From a virus: a stretch of 5,876 nucleotides of DNA. The notes under the pieces are model-generated. The model was given only the letters and a program-made list of their open reading frames with translations. It was not told the origin of the DNA and searched no databases. Of the stretch, positions 4,482 to 5,876 are shown one piece after another. Made by a program: the position numbers and the translations under genes. The stretch spans positions 1 through 5,876 of the IMG/VR virus record IMGVR_UViG_3300020041_000063. One strand, written 5' to 3'. Each line of letters starts with the position of its first letter. The first letter of the stretch is position 1.

Positions 4482-5801
4482 TCAACGATTCGTCCGAGAT
4501 TGAGAATTTCGAGCGGAGGAGGAGTTTCGAGTACCAGACATCTCACGAATGACATAGCCCTTCGGATTTCCAGCAGCATCATAAACAGTGGTACGAGTAG
4601 ACTGGCTAGAAGTATCAGTGCCAATATCAGTGCCAACAGTATTAGTAGAAGAACCAAAACCTCGCAAACCACTACGGAACATCAAAGTCTGAAAAATAGA
4701 TGTAACAGCGTGAAGCGTTTCCCATTTCCAGCGATTTTCCTCGTTTTTCTTCTCGGCAGCCGTCCTACCAGCGGCCTGCTCGGCCTGCGCAGGTTTCCAA
4801 GCCGCAGCCTTAACGTCCGCAAGAGTAAGCATGCCAAAGAGGTCTTTGAGCGAGTAAACATTCTTATTGCCTGATGCGTCCGTAAGTTCCCAACGCTTAT
4901 CCCAATTATTATGAATCTCTTTCTGAAGATCAAGAATTTGATTATATGTCAAACTATCTAACTGTTTCTTATACGAAGCATCAGCCATATTACTTTGATA
5001 CATAGACCAAGTAAGAAGCAATTGAGAGTCAAGTTGGAGACGAAGATACTCATTCTGAATATTAGAAGACTTAGCTTTATTAATGCGATCTTGGTAATCT
5101 GCAAGAACAGCATTAATTTCACCTCCAACAGTCCACTGCTTCACAATAAGATCGAAACCAAGAATGGCATTTTGAGTATCAATATATTGGGCATCATTTA
5201 ACTCGTGCTTCTCACGGGCTCGCAAGAGAGCAATCTGGGCATCATCATACAATTTCTGAAAACCAGCGTCGTGCGTAGAATTTTCAATCTGCTTCGCTTC
5301 AGCACGGTCTCGCTGAGCGGCAGCATTATTACGATCAACAACTGACTGATTCGCCATATTTTGACCTAAGGCGGTCATATCGAGAGAACCAGAACCAGGG
5401 CTAGGAAGACCACCAGAAGGACCACTTGCACCAACGGAACCACCGGAACCACCGGGCATAGTAGCATTAACACCAACGCCAGAACTGCCCAAAACACCAG
5501 CAGGAGTAACACCGGCAGCACGATAGCGCTCGAATACCTTAGACGGGTCGTTATATTCATTTTCATAATCGAACTGCTTTTGCCAATTACCATACTCATA
5601 CTCGGCCTGCTTTTGCATCTGCTCGAGAGCATACTTTTGCTGAAGAGCCATTTGTTTTTGAGCATACTTCCATTGACGACGAGCATTCATGCCAGCAAAT
5701 AGCTGACCAATGGCACCAGAAATCAAACCGGAGGAACCAGTCGTAGCACCGCCACGAAGCAACTGACCGCCAAATGTAGAAGCAGCAACAGGAATAGACA
5801 T
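4482..5801 (-). CDS. VP2: DNA pilot / minor capsid protein VP2 (phiX174 H-protein analogue)
   Basis: 439 aa, with an ATG at 5799..5801 and a TGA stop at 4482..4484. The N-terminus is Gly-rich and hydrophobic (GGQLLRGGATTGSSGLISGAIGQLFAG). The motif YNDPSKVFERYRAAGVTPAGV resembles the conserved microvirus VP2 signature (...P...R...AG-L/V-N/T-P). A Gly/Ser-rich linker spans aa 101-140. A long Gln/Ala/Asp-rich region is predicted helical or coiled-coil. Confidence 0.85.
   Translation of the reverse strand: MSIPVAASTFGGQLLRGGATTGSSGLISGAIGQLFAGMNARRQWKYAQKQMALQQKYALEQMQKQAEYEYGNWQKQFDYENEYNDPSKVFERYRAAGVTPAGVLGSSGVGVNATMPGGSGGSVGASGPSGGLPSPGSGSLDMTALGQNMANQSVVDRNNAAAQRDRAEAKQIENSTHDAGFQKLYDDAQIALLRAREKHELNDAQYIDTQNAILGFDLIVKQWTVGGEINAVLADYQDRINKAKSSNIQNEYLRLQLDSQLLLTWSMYQSNMADASYKKQLDSLTYNQILDLQKEIHNNWDKRWELTDASGNKNVYSLKDLFGMLTLADVKAAAWKPAQAEQAAGRTAAEKKNEENRWKWETLHAVTSIFQTLMFRSGLRGFGSSTNTVGTDIGTDTSSQSTRTTVYDAAGNPKGYVIREMSGTRNSSSARNSQSRTNR
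4614..4637. repeat. In-frame 12-nt tandem duplication inside the VP2 C-terminal region
   Basis: atcagtgccaat (4614..4625) is followed by atcagtgccaac (4626..4637), matching at 11 of 12 positions. This encodes the repeated GTDIGTDT. Confidence 0.8.
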
Positions 5802-5876
5802 AACTACGGACGTTTAAAATTACCTATTTGTTCATATGTAATCGTTGTTCTAGTGGTATCTCCAGATTTGATAGAA
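5756..5876. repeat. Terminal direct repeat, copy B (identical to 1..121)
   Basis: Exact identity to 1..121. It contains the VP2 start (5756..5801) and a second copy of the 3' end of the 65-aa ORF. Confidence 0.97.
5804..5876 (-). CDS. Duplicate, truncated copy of the 3' end of the 65-aa membrane-protein ORF (equals 49..121), created by the terminal redundancy
   Basis: Coordinates 5804..5876 correspond to 49..121 at an offset of 5,755. It is cut by the window edge and is not an independent gene. Confidence 0.75.
   Translation of the reverse strand, partial: SIKSGDTTRTTITYEQIGNFKRP

Larger units (their letters stand above)
1..5755 (-). mobile_element. Complete circular ssDNA phage genome (Microviridae, non-phiX lineage), unit length 5,755 nt; the coding/virion-sense strand is the minus strand of this window
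   Basis: The exact 121-nt terminal redundancy closes the circle. Three hallmark genes are present: a 604-aa capsid, a 354-aa HUH Rep and a 439-aa pilot protein. Genome size, tight packing and single-strand gene orientation are typical of Microviridae. Confidence 0.9.

Noticed and set aside
4470-4495. Short hairpin (acg aat cgt) followed by a T8 run just after the VP2 stop, considered as an intrinsic terminator
   Set aside because: The stem is only 3 bp, far too weak. The T-runs are better explained as part of the T-rich promoter region.
632-5201. Plus-strand ORFs from the track (632..955, 1031..1501, 2102..2566, 2781..3305, 4500..4874, 4995..5201)
   Set aside because: All lie entirely antisense to long, motif-supported minus-strand genes. 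Their products are Arg/Ile/Asn/Lys-rich low-complexity strings, as expected from reading the A-rich complement of a T-rich coding strand. Microviridae transcribe only one strand.
4418-5686. Alternative-frame ORFs overlapping VP2 (4418..4672, 4682..4933, 5375..5686)
   Set aside because: 4418..4672 starts with GTG and gains its Phe-rich tail by reading through the poly-T promoter gap. In 5375..5686, the Val/Leu/Pro-rich hydrophobic tail is the +1 reading of the Gly/Ser linker codons (GGT/GGA/AGT), a low-complexity artefact. 4682..4933 is an Arg-rich shifted reading with no support.

Overview
The window is one complete, circularly permuted genome of a small ssDNA bacteriophage of the family Microviridae. 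It belongs to a non-phiX lineage, Alpavirinae- or Gokushovirinae-like. Bases 1..121 are identical to 5756..5876, so the true unit is a 5,755-nt circle and the overlap is most likely an assembly artefact of a circular molecule. All credible genes lie on the minus strand, so the window is the reverse complement of the coding (virion-sense) strand. Read along the coding strand, the layout is as follows. A Bacteroidetes-type promoter candidate (4435..4465) comes first. It is followed by three small unknown ORFs of 86, 97 and 71 aa. Next is the HUH rolling-circle replication initiator VP4 (2523..3587), then the major capsid protein VP1 (698..2512), then a strongly acidic 101-aa protein that may be a scaffolding analogue. 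A structured 133-nt intergenic region follows. After it comes a 65-aa signal-anchor or lipoprotein-like protein, then the DNA pilot protein VP2 (4482..5801), which wraps through the junction. No ORF has a Shine-Dalgarno sequence. Together with the TTTG-N19-TAnnTTTG promoter match, this points to a Bacteroidetes host; that is an inference. I found no tRNA, rRNA, CRISPR array or integrase. The parts worth follow-up are the promoter-proximal trio of unknown ORFs, the small membrane or lipoprotein gene coupled to VP2 (a lysis or exclusion candidate), and the folded intergenic element (a candidate complementary-strand origin or terminator). Functions beyond VP1, VP2 and VP4 are hypotheses. I could not run any homology search.
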